The notes under the pieces were generated by a model, which had not been told where the DNA came from, did no database searches, and saw only the letters and a list, made by a program, of their open reading frames with translations. A stretch of 64,000 nt of DNA from Candidatus Latescibacterota bacterium. GTDB lineage: Bacteria > Latescibacterota > UBA2968. Location of the stretch: contig OZ240241.1 in assembly GCA_965198115.1 (NCBI GenBank), forward strand, positions 2,400,001-2,464,000. The letters are read 5' to 3'. Position numbers and translations under genes: made by a program. Positions 31,581 through 40,759 of the stretch are shown in pieces (the first letter of the stretch is position 1; each line of letters opens with the position of its first letter).

Positions 31581-31911
31581 GGTGGACCCTCCTTTTCGAC
31601 CTACTGTAGGTCAACGGAGTGTCCAAGAAAACCCCGGGGCGCTGGAGGGGGTCCATGTCTTTGTACTGACCGGTTGATGTATCCAGCTGCATCATCATGC
31701 GTTCATACGGCACGTCTGCCTTGCCGAGCATGATTTCGTCGATGCGAAGCCGTAAGCCTTCGAGTTCTTCATCGGTAACCACTCGGCCCAGTCTTACATA
31801 ACCCTTTTCCTCAAACGTCTGCCACTGTGCTTCGCTGATGGTTTCCTGCACGGTGTTTACTCCTGGTTCAGGACATTCTCGAACAATCGGCTTTTGCTGT
31901 CTGTGAACGTC

Positions 31912-32454
31912 TCACGTGGCGACGACCATGTAGAGCTCGGTCCGTCCATCGAAATCCCGAGCCGGAATCGTGGGATCGACACGAAAACCGACCGTTTCAT
32001 ACACGTGGACAGCACGCTCGTTGTCGGCGAAAACGCCGAGCTTGATGCGGTCGACGTCGCGCTGTCGCGCCTCGTCGATCATCCGACGCATCAAGACGGT
32101 ACCCAGGCCAACACCGTGGTAGTCGTCGACGACGCCGATGCCCAACATCGGGATGTCTCCCCCGCCGATGCCCTGGATCCAGCTGTAGCCGACGATGCGC
32201 TCGCCGGGGGGCGTCCCATCGAGGAGGACGAGGCAACAGCAGTCGTCCGCCGCGGCTCTGGTCGCGAGCTGGCCCGCGTGCTCGCGCGTGCAGCGATCCG
32301 GCCTGCTCCATCCGTGCATGAAGTCGCGACTCTGTGCCGACAACCCCTCGAAGAAAGTCAGGAAGAGCTCGACGTCCGATGGCTGGGCGTGGCGGATGCG
32401 CACGACCCTCCCATCACGTAGCGGGAATTCCTCGGTCGTGGTTTCGTGAATCAT
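31912..32454 (-). CDS. GNAT N-acetyltransferase
   Basis: LGIGVVDDYHGVGLG…NERAVHVYETVGF. Confidence 0.9.
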   Translation of the reverse strand: MIHETTTEEFPLRDGRVVRIRHAQPSDVELFLTFFEGLSAQSRDFMHGWSRPDRCTREHAGQLATRAAADDCCCLVLLDGTPPGERIVGYSWIQGIGGGDIPMLGIGVVDDYHGVGLGTVLMRRMIDEARQRDVDRIKLGVFADNERAVHVYETVGFRVDPTIPARDFDGRTELYMVVAT

Positions 32455-32524
32455 ATTTTCTCTTTGGTTCTTCGCGTGGAATGAGGGATACGGTTACGCC
32501 AACCTTTGTGCCTATCTATCCTAT

Positions 32525-32675
32525 TCTTCTCTTTTGTGACCAAAAGAGAAGCAGAAAAGTCCCGCTCAGGCGCCGCGGAGGCTGGTGGCCCACGCCGGCA
32601 GTACGATCCAGGTGCGTGACGGCTTAGGTGACAACCCGAAGTCCGGATGTGATACGGCAGCGTTGCTCGTTGCCG
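32525..32675. repeat. Dispersed ~270-bp repeat, copy 1 (truncated)
   Basis: CTTCTCTTTTGTGACCAAAAGAGAAGCAGAAAAGTCCC…GTGGCCCACGC…CAGTACGATCC…CGTTGCTCG shared with 42970 and 54728. Confidence 0.9.
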
Positions 32676-33414
32676 ACACCGCCCGTAGCTCCATGTCGAG
32701 TATCGAGCAGTGCGTGAGCCACATGCCGTCCCACGTTTCGGAGTGCTCAATGGCGGTCGTGCAGTCGCGCAGCAGGACGATGTTGTAGCCCCGGTCGAGC
32801 ATGGCCCAAACACCGTAATCCCTCCGCTGGACGCAGATATTCGCCGCGAACCCTGCGTAAAACAGGTGCAGGATCCCGCGATGCCGGCACAGTCGGTGAA
32901 GCTGCTCGCCCGTCGCGACGACGTGGTCTTCCGGTTCTGGACCCAGGAACGCCATGATCTTGCGTGGTGCGTGCACAGCATCCTTCATCCACTGCTCGCG
33001 TCGAGGCTCGGGAGGACGGGCGAGGGAGGCGTAGGTACCGTTCCGCCGGCGCAGATCTTCGGGCGGCCAATCGGGCCCCGAGGCGGTCGAGCCGAACAGA
33101 GCTACTTCGTCTGCATACCGGGTCCACTGGGGATATAGCTTCGCCTGTTGCGGCGAAGGGGCGTGGACCACAGCGATACCTGCCCTTCTGCAAGCCTGAA
33201 CCACCGGCAGGATCTTCTCACGGCCGATTTGCCCGCCTCGCTCGAGGTGCGTCTCCACGGGATGCTGGTCCCAGCAGTCCACAAACACCAGGCCGCACGT
33301 CTCGCTGCTGAGCGTCCAGTCCATCTGTCCGTGGCCGAAATGCTCTTCGTGGCACGGAATCTCGGAATCGGACAGCTCGCGGCTGAAACGAACGCTCAGA
33401 TTGAACTCGGGCAT
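32566..33414 (-). CDS. Isochorismatase/cysteine hydrolase family; 3' end runs into the repeat
   Basis: LVFVDCWD, YAGFAANICV, LLRDCTTA. Confidence 0.8.
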   Translation of the reverse strand: MPEFNLSVRFSRELSDSEIPCHEEHFGHGQMDWTLSSETCGLVFVDCWDQHPVETHLERGGQIGREKILPVVQACRRAGIAVVHAPSPQQAKLYPQWTRYADEVALFGSTASGPDWPPEDLRRRNGTYASLARPPEPRREQWMKDAVHAPRKIMAFLGPEPEDHVVATGEQLHRLCRHRGILHLFYAGFAANICVQRRDYGVWAMLDRGYNIVLLRDCTTAIEHSETWDGMWLTHCSILDMELRAVSATSNAAVSHPDFGLSPKPSRTWIVLPAWATSLRGA

Positions 33415-33566
33415 CGGTAACCTTCCGGGCGTAAGATCGGAAACCAGGGAGCACGACCGTCACGAACGGCATAGGTGAATCATCCATTCGTCAGTCAGGG
33501 CCGCGCGCCACCCGTGGAGAAATCTCAACAACGAATCATCTGACTCGGTTCAAGACCGTTTCCTAG

Positions 33567-34345
33567 CCTGAATCATGCATGAATTTGAGTTTAGGTTGTT
33601 TTGGAGTGATGTGATCACGCACAGGATTTGTTCTCGGCTTCTTCGGATGTCCAAGGTCCCGTAAGCGGTCTCTACGAGTCGCAAGAGTCACGATTTTCGT
33701 CCGGAACAGGTGTTGTTTTGCGACGTGTACATAGCTGTCCCCGGTATAGATCGGCGTTGTTACTGCGTGTTCGTTTCGAGCCTGGTGATGATTGACACCA
33801 AGACGTTTTTGAGTGGATACGATGTTGGAAAATGGAATCGGATTCTTCGTGCGCTTTCAATGACTCTCGCGCCGATTTTGAGGAAACGGTTCTGTATCGT
33901 GTTGACCTGAGGTTTGGTCCACGCGGTGCCCTTGAGTCCCTGTGATCGGAGTGCGTGAAGCAAGGCGTATGCAGCACTGTGTAGAAAGAGTCGGAACTGG
34001 TTGGCTTCAAACTTGTGGCACGATGTTCGATCGGAGTGAAGGAATGTTTTGTGGTCCTTGATGAAGCCTTCCGTGCGTCCCCTTGCGCAGTAGATACGAT
34101 CATAGATAAAGCCGTCTCGATTACTCTGTAAATTGGTCACGAGGTATCTTGGATTTGCTTCGCCGTTTGTGACTTCAGCCTTGTGAATGATCCGGCGAGG
34201 CTGCCGGTAGGTGCCAGCCTGATATGAGAAGGATGAGAACAAGCGAATCGTCTCCTTATGCTCGCTCAGACGTAGCGCTTGGTCCATCAGGTTTTGTCCA
34301 GCCGCTTTGAGCTTGGAGTTGGCGCCCTGGCCCAGAACGTAGTAG
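33567..34345 (-). mobile_element. IS1380-family 3' remnant
   Basis: NPRYLVTNL…YCARGRTEGFIKDHK…DRTSCHKFEANQFRL; terminus CCTGAATCATGCAT. Confidence 0.85.
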
Positions 34346-34656
34346 ACAGTGAGGGTGTCCAGGGCGAGAGCTGGGACCGACAGCAAGAGGCTGAGGACAG
34401 AGGACAGAAGACAGAGCACGGAGGATAGCAGTAGACGGTGGACAGTAGACCCCTCGACTCCGCTCGGGGCAGGCTCTAGACGGTGATGACGGGATTGGCC
34501 CCCTATTGCTAATGACAGAGAACGGAGGCCATCACGAACAGGTACTGGATTCGTCGTGTGGCAATCTCCTACGCGCAGTGCGCTATGGAGCCCAGGGAGG
34601 ATGGTGGCATAGGTGCTCATCGCAACCAAGATGCGATGACGAGGAAGAGCCGGCAA
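34346..34656 (-). pseudogene. 5' remnant (promoter and signal peptide) of a propeller-HK paralogue, fused to the IS1380 fragment
   Basis: TTGCCG-17-CATCTT-7-ATG; MSTYATILPGLHSALRVG…LLLSVPALALDTLTV versus HK MCIPTSILSGLRSALRVG…LLTVPAYALDTLTV. Confidence 0.88.
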
Positions 34657-34884
34657 GCGAAGCTGCTTCAGGGGATTAATTCAAGTCAAAATTTTCATTT
34701 CAAAATGCAAAATGGATCTGTAGAGTTTTGTGAGGATGGTTCTTCAGGGCAGACTGCAAGGTCTTGTAGCTGGCGGCGTCTATCTACATCAGGACAGCAA
34801 GTCATCCACATCGAAGCGACTGGTCTTTTGTTCGACATTCGGTGGTCGGAAATCGATATTCGATACTGACAAGGAGGAATGCGC

Positions 34885-35715
34885 ATGCGTATCGATTCCC
34901 ACGTCCACGTGTGGACGCTCGGTGAGCCGCCGTGGACCCACAACGACGACAAGACCTCCCAGCGACCGGACTATCCGGGCCTGGTCGAAGACCTCATCCG
35001 GTACATGGACCTCAACGACATTGACCGCACAGTCCTGATCCAGTGCATGTACCACGGCTTCGACAACAGCTATATGTGCGAATGCCTGCGCCGCTTTCCG
35101 GACCGCCTGCACGGCGTGGCACTGCTCGACCCGCGAAAACCGGATGCCGCCACCGAGCTAGAACGCCTGCACCGCGAACACGGCGTAGAGGGCATGCGGC
35201 TATATCCGATCTCCGATGAGGACGCCTCCTGGCTGTCGGACGAGGGGCAAATCCCGCTGTGGGAAACGGCCGAACGGCTGGGCGTGCCGTTCACGTGGTT
35301 CGGGCGATGCCACCAGATCCCGTTGTTGGCGCCGATGCTGGAGCGTTTTCCCACGGTGAACGTGATCGTCGACCACTTCGGCGAGCCGATATTGTCCGAG
35401 GGGCTGGACGGCGACTTCAAGCTCCTCCTAGCGGCAGCCCGATACGGCAATCTCTATGTCAAAGCGACCCGGATCGACGGTCTATCCGAGCAGTCCTTCC
35501 CCCACGAGGACATTCATCCCTACATCAGAGCGCTCCACCAGGCCTTCGGCCCTGAGCGTATGCTCGGCTGCACGGGCTTCCCTGAAAACCCGCAGCGCGG
35601 CGAAGCCATCGGTTTCCGAGTGATCGAAGTTTTGGATTTTCTGTCAGAGGAAGACAAGGCGTGGCTGCTGGGAGAAACGGCCGCCTCGCTTTACGCTCCA
35701 CCTTCCAACCGATGA
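34885..35715 (+). CDS. Amidohydrolase (Amidohydro_2, lactonase-like)
   Basis: IDSHVHVW, DNSY, VDHFG, FGPERML; RBS AAGGAGG. Confidence 0.9.
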   Translation: MRIDSHVHVWTLGEPPWTHNDDKTSQRPDYPGLVEDLIRYMDLNDIDRTVLIQCMYHGFDNSYMCECLRRFPDRLHGVALLDPRKPDAATELERLHREHGVEGMRLYPISDEDASWLSDEGQIPLWETAERLGVPFTWFGRCHQIPLLAPMLERFPTVNVIVDHFGEPILSEGLDGDFKLLLAAARYGNLYVKATRIDGLSEQSFPHEDIHPYIRALHQAFGPERMLGCTGFPENPQRGEAIGFRVIEVLDFLSEEDKAWLLGETAASLYAPPSNR

Positions 35716-35832
35716 ATATCCATCCTGCCGACGACATTGCGGTGATATCTCTCACTCCGTGGCCACAGGCCTTGTTTGCACGGAGCGATGTGACTACATT
35801 TAGCCCAATGTGACCACAAGGAGACTTCGCTT

Positions 35833-36099
35833 ATGGACATCTCTATCCGCGAATTGAAAAGCGGTCTATCGAGATACCTACGGGAAGTGCAGAAAGGTGT
35901 AGTCATACGCGTGACGTCCAGGGGGAAGCCGGTGGCTCGTCTGGTGCCAATTCAACCGCCTACGTCGAGCGTGGAAATAAAGGACATCCCTGGGGTTGAC
36001 CCGGGTTCAGGTGGCAAACCAGCGGGAGCCGATTGTCCGGTTCGCGTTCTCAAGGGGCAGAAGACGTTATCGGATATCGTGATGGAAGACCGACGGTGA
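35833..36099 (+). CDS. Phd/YefM-family antitoxin
   Basis: ISIRELKSGLSRYL…VTSRGKPVARLVP; GTGA overlap with the toxin. Confidence 0.92.
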   Translation: MDISIRELKSGLSRYLREVQKGVVIRVTSRGKPVARLVPIQPPTSSVEIKDIPGVDPGSGGKPAGADCPVRVLKGQKTLSDIVMEDRR

Positions 36100-36518
36100 T
36101 CCTATTCCTCGACACTTCCGCGCTTGTTAAACTTTATGTCGACGAATCCGATTCCCGGAATGTCCGCGACTGGGTCGATGAAGCCGATGCGATCGCCTGT
36201 CAATGGCTGGCTTACGTAGAGGCTCGATCGGCGTTCGCAACCAAGCGTCGTCTCAGTGAGCTGTCGGACACTGAACTCGCTACGTGTAAACAGGCCTTCG
36301 AGGCGGACTGGGCGAGGTGTCACAAGGTCACCGTGACGGAGGCTTTACTGCGTCGAGCCGGCGCGATCAGTGAGCGACTCGGCCTCCGTGCCTATGACAG
36401 CGTGCATCTTGCGGGGGCCGATTACCTCCAGACTGCCCTTGGATCCCCAATCACATTCGGATCGTTCGACAGGCAACAGGTCGAAGCAGCCACTCAACTG
36501 GGACTGGCTATCGCTTGA
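36096..36518 (+). CDS. vapC: VapC PIN-domain toxin
   Basis: FLDTSALVKLY, YVEARSA, LRAYDSVHLA, SFD. Confidence 0.92.
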   Translation: MILFLDTSALVKLYVDESDSRNVRDWVDEADAIACQWLAYVEARSAFATKRRLSELSDTELATCKQAFEADWARCHKVTVTEALLRRAGAISERLGLRAYDSVHLAGADYLQTALGSPITFGSFDRQQVEAATQLGLAIA

Positions 36519-36520
36519 AC

Positions 36521-37054
36521 TCAGAGCAAGGATATCTGTGTGTCCTCACCCCCGCTCGTGGCTTCTCCTTGTGAATCTCCGGATGGGTCATAGGCCAGGA
36601 TTTCACAGAGACGATCCACAAAGCCGACCTGACCCTTGTGGAGTTTCTCTTTGGATGTCGCGACAGAGAACCACCCGGCCCTGTCGACTTCGGGAAACTC
36701 TGACTGCTTGCCGGATCGAGGGGGCCATTCCATCGAGAAGGTATTGCTTCGAATCGACTCCGGATCACAGTCGCCCTCTACCGCCCACGCCGTGATCCGT
36801 TTGCCGCCAGGCTGGGTCAATTCCCCGAGTTCCTTGAAATCACCTGTGATGGCTTCGTCAAATCCGGTTTCTTCCTGGAACTCACGTTGAGCGGCCTCGA
36901 ACGGATCTTCACCGTCCTCGTATTCACCTTTGGGGATGGACCAGGAAGCCTTGTCCTTGTTCTTCCAGAAGGGTCCTCCAGCGTGAACCAGTAAGACTTC
37001 CAGCCCGTCGTGTCGGAAGCGATACACGAGGATGCCCGCACTCTTTCTTGCCAT
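36521..37054 (-). CDS. NUDIX hydrolase
   Basis: Nudix box WSIPKGE…AAQREFQEETG; WPPRSGK…FPEVDR. Confidence 0.92.
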   Translation of the reverse strand: MARKSAGILVYRFRHDGLEVLLVHAGGPFWKNKDKASWSIPKGEYEDGEDPFEAAQREFQEETGFDEAITGDFKELGELTQPGGKRITAWAVEGDCDPESIRSNTFSMEWPPRSGKQSEFPEVDRAGWFSVATSKEKLHKGQVGFVDRLCEILAYDPSGDSQGEATSGGEDTQISLL

Positions 37055-37286
37055 AGCCTCTCCGATTTCTCTGTGCCACTAGTGCCAGGTCATCTTCGCG
37101 CCTTGAGATCCTGATGCGCTCGCTTGGCCTGATCGATCTTCCCGACTCGGAGAGTCGGTCCTACGCGAACTGGCGCGAAAAGTGCCGTCACGCCTGCTCT
37201 CTCGCTCCTCGACCGCTCACCCGCTCAGCTGTAACCGCTGTAACCGTGATCTTCGCTGCCGTCGGGCGACACGATCGAAACCCTCC

Positions 37287-39125
37287 TCAGGGCTGCCTCT
37301 CGTCGGACTGTTGTTCAAACCACCAGCGCCAAGCTTCGGGGCGCTCGTGCAGGAGTTCGCCGGTCATTTCTTGCAGGGCTTGGGTGGCGTGCTGGCGCAC
37401 CTGGGGGTCCTCGTCGTGCAAGACTGTTAGAAAGAACTCGAGGCTGTCCATTCGAGGTTGCAGTGAGAGCGCCAGGATCGCGGCTCGGCGGGTGGGGGTG
37501 TGCTCGTGCTCGAGGAGCTGGTGAAGGACATCCGAGTGCTCCTCGATGCCTTCGATCCCCTGAATGGCCTGGAGAGCAGCCACGCGGACCATGGCGTCCT
37601 GGTCTTCCAGGGCACCGCGCCAGATTGCTGCGTCTACTTCGCGCGAAATCGGGGCCAGGGCCCGCGCTACATTGCGGCGGACAATGACGTCGGGATCGCC
37701 GATGGCGGCGGCCAGGGCTTGGCGCGCCCAGTCGGTGGGAATGAACTTGAGGCCCTGAGAGGCGTGTTGGCGCACCTGTTCGTCTGTATGCTGCAAGAGG
37801 TCACTCAAGCGGTGGCTGGGTGCTTTGCGAGCGATCAGCGCCAGGCCAGAGGCTCCCCATCGCACGGTATCGATCTCGTCGTCGCGTGTCAGTGCCTCCA
37901 GGGCCTCCCGGGTGTAGGGTTCGCCCATTCTGGCCAGGGCTTCTGCCACGAGCCGCCGGATGTCGGCGTCGGGATCCTCTGCAAAGGGCAAGAGGACGGG
38001 GACTGCGTCGCGATAGCAAAGTGCTCCCAGGCTATGGATGGCGTCCGGCCGCGCGACCGGGTCTTGCAGGCGGTCGACTTGCTCGGAAATGTAGGCCGGG
38101 TCTTTGCACAGCCATCGGTAGTCCACCACCTCGCCGTCCAGACCGCAGGTGCGCCAACGCAGATGAGGACCGTCGATGGACACGATGCAACAATGATGCA
38201 CCGAGGTGGCAAAGGCGGTCCAATCTCCGGCATCCACGGGATAGAGCGGGGCGCCACCGCCGCCGGTCACCACGTAGATGACGCCGCTGTCGTCTTCCCG
38301 CTGATTCGCCTGCATTGGAAAGCTGCGTTCGTAGATGTGGTCGTGTCCATTGAAGATCACATCTACCTGATATTGTTCGAGGAGAGGAGCTAGGGCCTCG
38401 CGTTGCGTGACAGAAGGGCCGTGGTTCCCCGAGCTATAGGGCGGATGGTGGAACCAGACGACGCGCCACAGGGCAGACGTTTCCGCCAGGGTTCGCTCCA
38501 GCCAGGCGTACTGCTCCGTTCCGGGTCCAAACCCGCCGGAAGCGGTGTTCGTGTCCAGGGCGATGAACCGGGCGTTGCCGCAGTCAAAGGAGTACCAGGG
38601 GCCGCTGGGGAAGAAGTTGTAGAAGTGCTCGGAGTTCTGTTCGTGATTGCCGAGGACCGGGAAAAGTGGAATGTGGGCGAGCGCTTCCCCGAGCGGGGAG
38701 AAGAATTGCTCTTCCCATTGTTCGTAGACCGTTCCGCGTGAGACCAGGTCACCGGAGTGGAGGAGGAAATGAGGCTGGTGGCCGGCCATCTGACGACCGA
38801 CGCCAGCTGACTGTTCAGGGCTGGTGCGGGAGTCGCCGAATACGGCAAAGGAAAAGTTGGTAGAGTCGTTTACTGCGGTGCGAAAGGTGAAAGGGCCGGC
38901 CTGGGCATCCTGGGTCTGGATGCGGTAGCGGTAGGTGGTCTCGGGCTCCAGGGCCTGAAGCGCGACCTGGTGCAAAGTCACGGGCGCAGTCCGATCGACG
39001 TGGTGGCCGAATTCTGCAGTCAGGCCGTAATCCACCCGGGATGGGCCAGGGGCATCTGTTTCCCACAGCACGATCATTTCTTCGGAATGGTTGAATTGCA
39101 GGTAAGGGCCCTTGATGATTTTCAC
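37287..39125 (-). CDS. Purple-acid-phosphatase-type metallophosphoesterase with N-terminal FN3-like domain and C-terminal HEAT repeats
   Basis: GDSR, GDLV, GNHE, HHPPY, GHDHIYER; repeats D.D..VR..A..AL. Confidence 0.9.
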   Translation of the reverse strand: MKIIKGPYLQFNHSEEMIVLWETDAPGPSRVDYGLTAEFGHHVDRTAPVTLHQVALQALEPETTYRYRIQTQDAQAGPFTFRTAVNDSTNFSFAVFGDSRTSPEQSAGVGRQMAGHQPHFLLHSGDLVSRGTVYEQWEEQFFSPLGEALAHIPLFPVLGNHEQNSEHFYNFFPSGPWYSFDCGNARFIALDTNTASGGFGPGTEQYAWLERTLAETSALWRVVWFHHPPYSSGNHGPSVTQREALAPLLEQYQVDVIFNGHDHIYERSFPMQANQREDDSGVIYVVTGGGGAPLYPVDAGDWTAFATSVHHCCIVSIDGPHLRWRTCGLDGEVVDYRWLCKDPAYISEQVDRLQDPVARPDAIHSLGALCYRDAVPVLLPFAEDPDADIRRLVAEALARMGEPYTREALEALTRDDEIDTVRWGASGLALIARKAPSHRLSDLLQHTDEQVRQHASQGLKFIPTDWARQALAAAIGDPDVIVRRNVARALAPISREVDAAIWRGALEDQDAMVRVAALQAIQGIEGIEEHSDVLHQLLEHEHTPTRRAAILALSLQPRMDSLEFFLTVLHDEDPQVRQHATQALQEMTGELLHERPEAWRWWFEQQSDERQP

Positions 39126-39340
39126 CTAATTGCTCCTTTTCTGACTCCTTGTGTGGTTCTGTCCAATTTCTTGTTTGACTAATATAGTTGGGCAAGGCTC
39201 CTGGCCCGGTTTTCCTCTAGGCTCACGACGAGACATACTGGTGCGCGAATGTCATAGGCAACCACAGGAGCTTTGCGCAGTTGATCCGGCGTGGGGAACG
39301 GCGGGTCAAGCGCGCGGCTGAGAGAGAATTACGGGAACTG

Positions 39341-39372
39341 AAAAGCCCCGTCGATGTCTGAACCGACGGGGC
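39341..39372 (-). terminator. Intrinsic terminator after PhyH 39431-40369
   Basis: Stem GCCCCGTCG/CGACGGGGC followed by a U run on the minus strand. Confidence 0.65.
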
Positions 39373-39430
39373 CTTCGTGATTCAACCCACAGCGTGGTTG
39401 GGGGTAGAGGGTGTCAAATGATCCCGAACA

Positions 39431-40369
39431 TCACGCCGAACGGCGGAAAGGACGTTGCGAGCGACCTGTTGTCGCATCAGACGGGTTGGCCACGCTGACA
39501 GTTCCCGACGTATCGACCTCGAGCCGGCATTCTTCCGTACGTGCCGCTGAAGCCGGGCCGAACATCACGGCACGCTGTTCGGGTGTCATGCCATCGATGA
39601 TGTTTTTATCCCAGTAGGTATCGGGATCGAGGAAAAATCTGGACACGCCGGAACGCGTCGAAGTGCGGCTTGCGTATTTGAACAGGATAGCTCGGCGTTG
39701 ATGCTGGGCCTGCCAGGCGCGAGCCCCGTGAGTCTGAGCCCCGTCCATAAAGAAGATGACGTCACCGGCCCTGATGTTCGGTTTTTCCACGACGCCCATG
39801 TCGTCCTCGAAAGTGCGGACACCCGTGGGCATCGGATACTTCGACTTGTGGCTTCCCAGAACGCACGCGAATCCCCCGTCCTCGGGGCCGGAATCGCCGA
39901 GGGCATAGGTCACCGTAACGCCACCGACGTAGGTCATCCCGTTCTGATTCTTATAAGCTACGTAGGGATTGTGGGGATTCCCCGCGCCGTGGAGGTTGTG
40001 GTTCGCGGTGCCGGGGAGTCCGCCGATGAACTGAGGGCCGTGATCTAGACGGAAGCCTTTCCCGCACATCACCCGGAGGCGCGAAATGACCTGGGGGTGG
40101 GAGATCATCCTGCGATAGGGTTCGCAGTGTGGGGGTTTGAGCTGCAACAGATAGGGGAAACTGTTGCGCGTGCGGACGAGGGTGTCGCCCATCCAGCGGG
40201 GCATCGCGTTCTCGCGAAGGTAGTCGGACTCTTCGTCGGTTCCGTTCGCACATCTGTCCGCCAGATAGTCGATGGCGTCGTTGGCCGCTTTCAGTTCCTT
40301 CGGCGTGAGGACGTTGCGAACAACGAGATGGCCGTTGAGATCCCAGTAGTAGCGTTCTTTGTCAGTCAT
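39431..40369 (-). CDS. PhyH-family dioxygenase
   Basis: WDLNGHLVVRN, LHGAG, GGFACVLGSHK, AGDVIFF…THG…RRAIL. Confidence 0.9.
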   Translation of the reverse strand: MTDKERYYWDLNGHLVVRNVLTPKELKAANDAIDYLADRCANGTDEESDYLRENAMPRWMGDTLVRTRNSFPYLLQLKPPHCEPYRRMISHPQVISRLRVMCGKGFRLDHGPQFIGGLPGTANHNLHGAGNPHNPYVAYKNQNGMTYVGGVTVTYALGDSGPEDGGFACVLGSHKSKYPMPTGVRTFEDDMGVVEKPNIRAGDVIFFMDGAQTHGARAWQAQHQRRAILFKYASRTSTRSGVSRFFLDPDTYWDKNIIDGMTPEQRAVMFGPASAARTEECRLEVDTSGTVSVANPSDATTGRSQRPFRRSA

Positions 40370-40572
40370 CAGGGTGTCCCTTCAAAGTTTAAGGCGCACC
40401 ACAATCGCGACACCAGGCAAGGTAAGGTGGGTATCCGAAAATCGAAACCTGGAACGTCGAATTCTGACGCAGTGCGCATTCCATTGTCAGTTGAACTCCG
40501 TTTTGAAGGTCAAAGGGCTGATCAGTGGCCTGTAAACATATTGCCTTGTAGAAATTACCGATACAGTGTCGC

Positions 40573-40689
40573 TTCGAGTTCCTCGACTTCGCTCGGGATA
40601 AACTCCGTTGAGAAAGCCCCTCCTCGCTTTTTTTGCATGACAAGCGGGTTCTCGACGGAGTCTATCCCGAGCCTGCCGAAGGGCTCGAA
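40573..40689. repeat. Inverted pair of REP-like elements
   Basis: TTCGAGTTCCTCGACTTCGCTCGGGATAAACTCCGTTGAGAA and its near reverse complement at 40649-40689; related single units at 34451-34476 and 43043-43068. Confidence 0.7.
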
Positions 40690-40759
40690 CTGACGCCGCA
40701 ATACGTGCCGCCCAAAAACTCAGTGCCTCTTCTGTAGGTGCACCCAGTCGTCGCCCCGC

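Larger units (their letters stand above)
30267..31646 (-). mobile_element. IS3-like element copy 1 (1380 bp)
   Basis: Near-identical to 44247-45626; 15-bp flanking repeat GGGGGTCCATGTCTT. Confidence 0.95.
29652..31851 (-). pseudogene. PhyH-family dioxygenase interrupted by an IS3-like element
   Basis: N-terminus FEEKGYV…QYKDMDP (31851-31647) rejoins in frame with QTLGHKG…WHWD…DDATSTNGCL…LHTS after removing the IS and one TSD copy; 3' end approximate. Confidence 0.88.

Noticed and set aside
33760-34656. 298-aa ORF as a genuine exported transposase
   Set aside because: It is a chimera of an HK signal-peptide remnant and a truncated IS1380 transposase.
9480-34686. Shared 16-mer GGGGATTAATTCAAGT near two HK-type promoters
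   Set aside because: Two copies with different spacing to the promoter; too little to call an operator or IS end.
6818-39259. Shared 13-mer GAATGTCATAGGC upstream of two minus-strand genes
   Set aside because: Only two short copies with no shared flanks; cannot be separated from chance or a generic promoter element.
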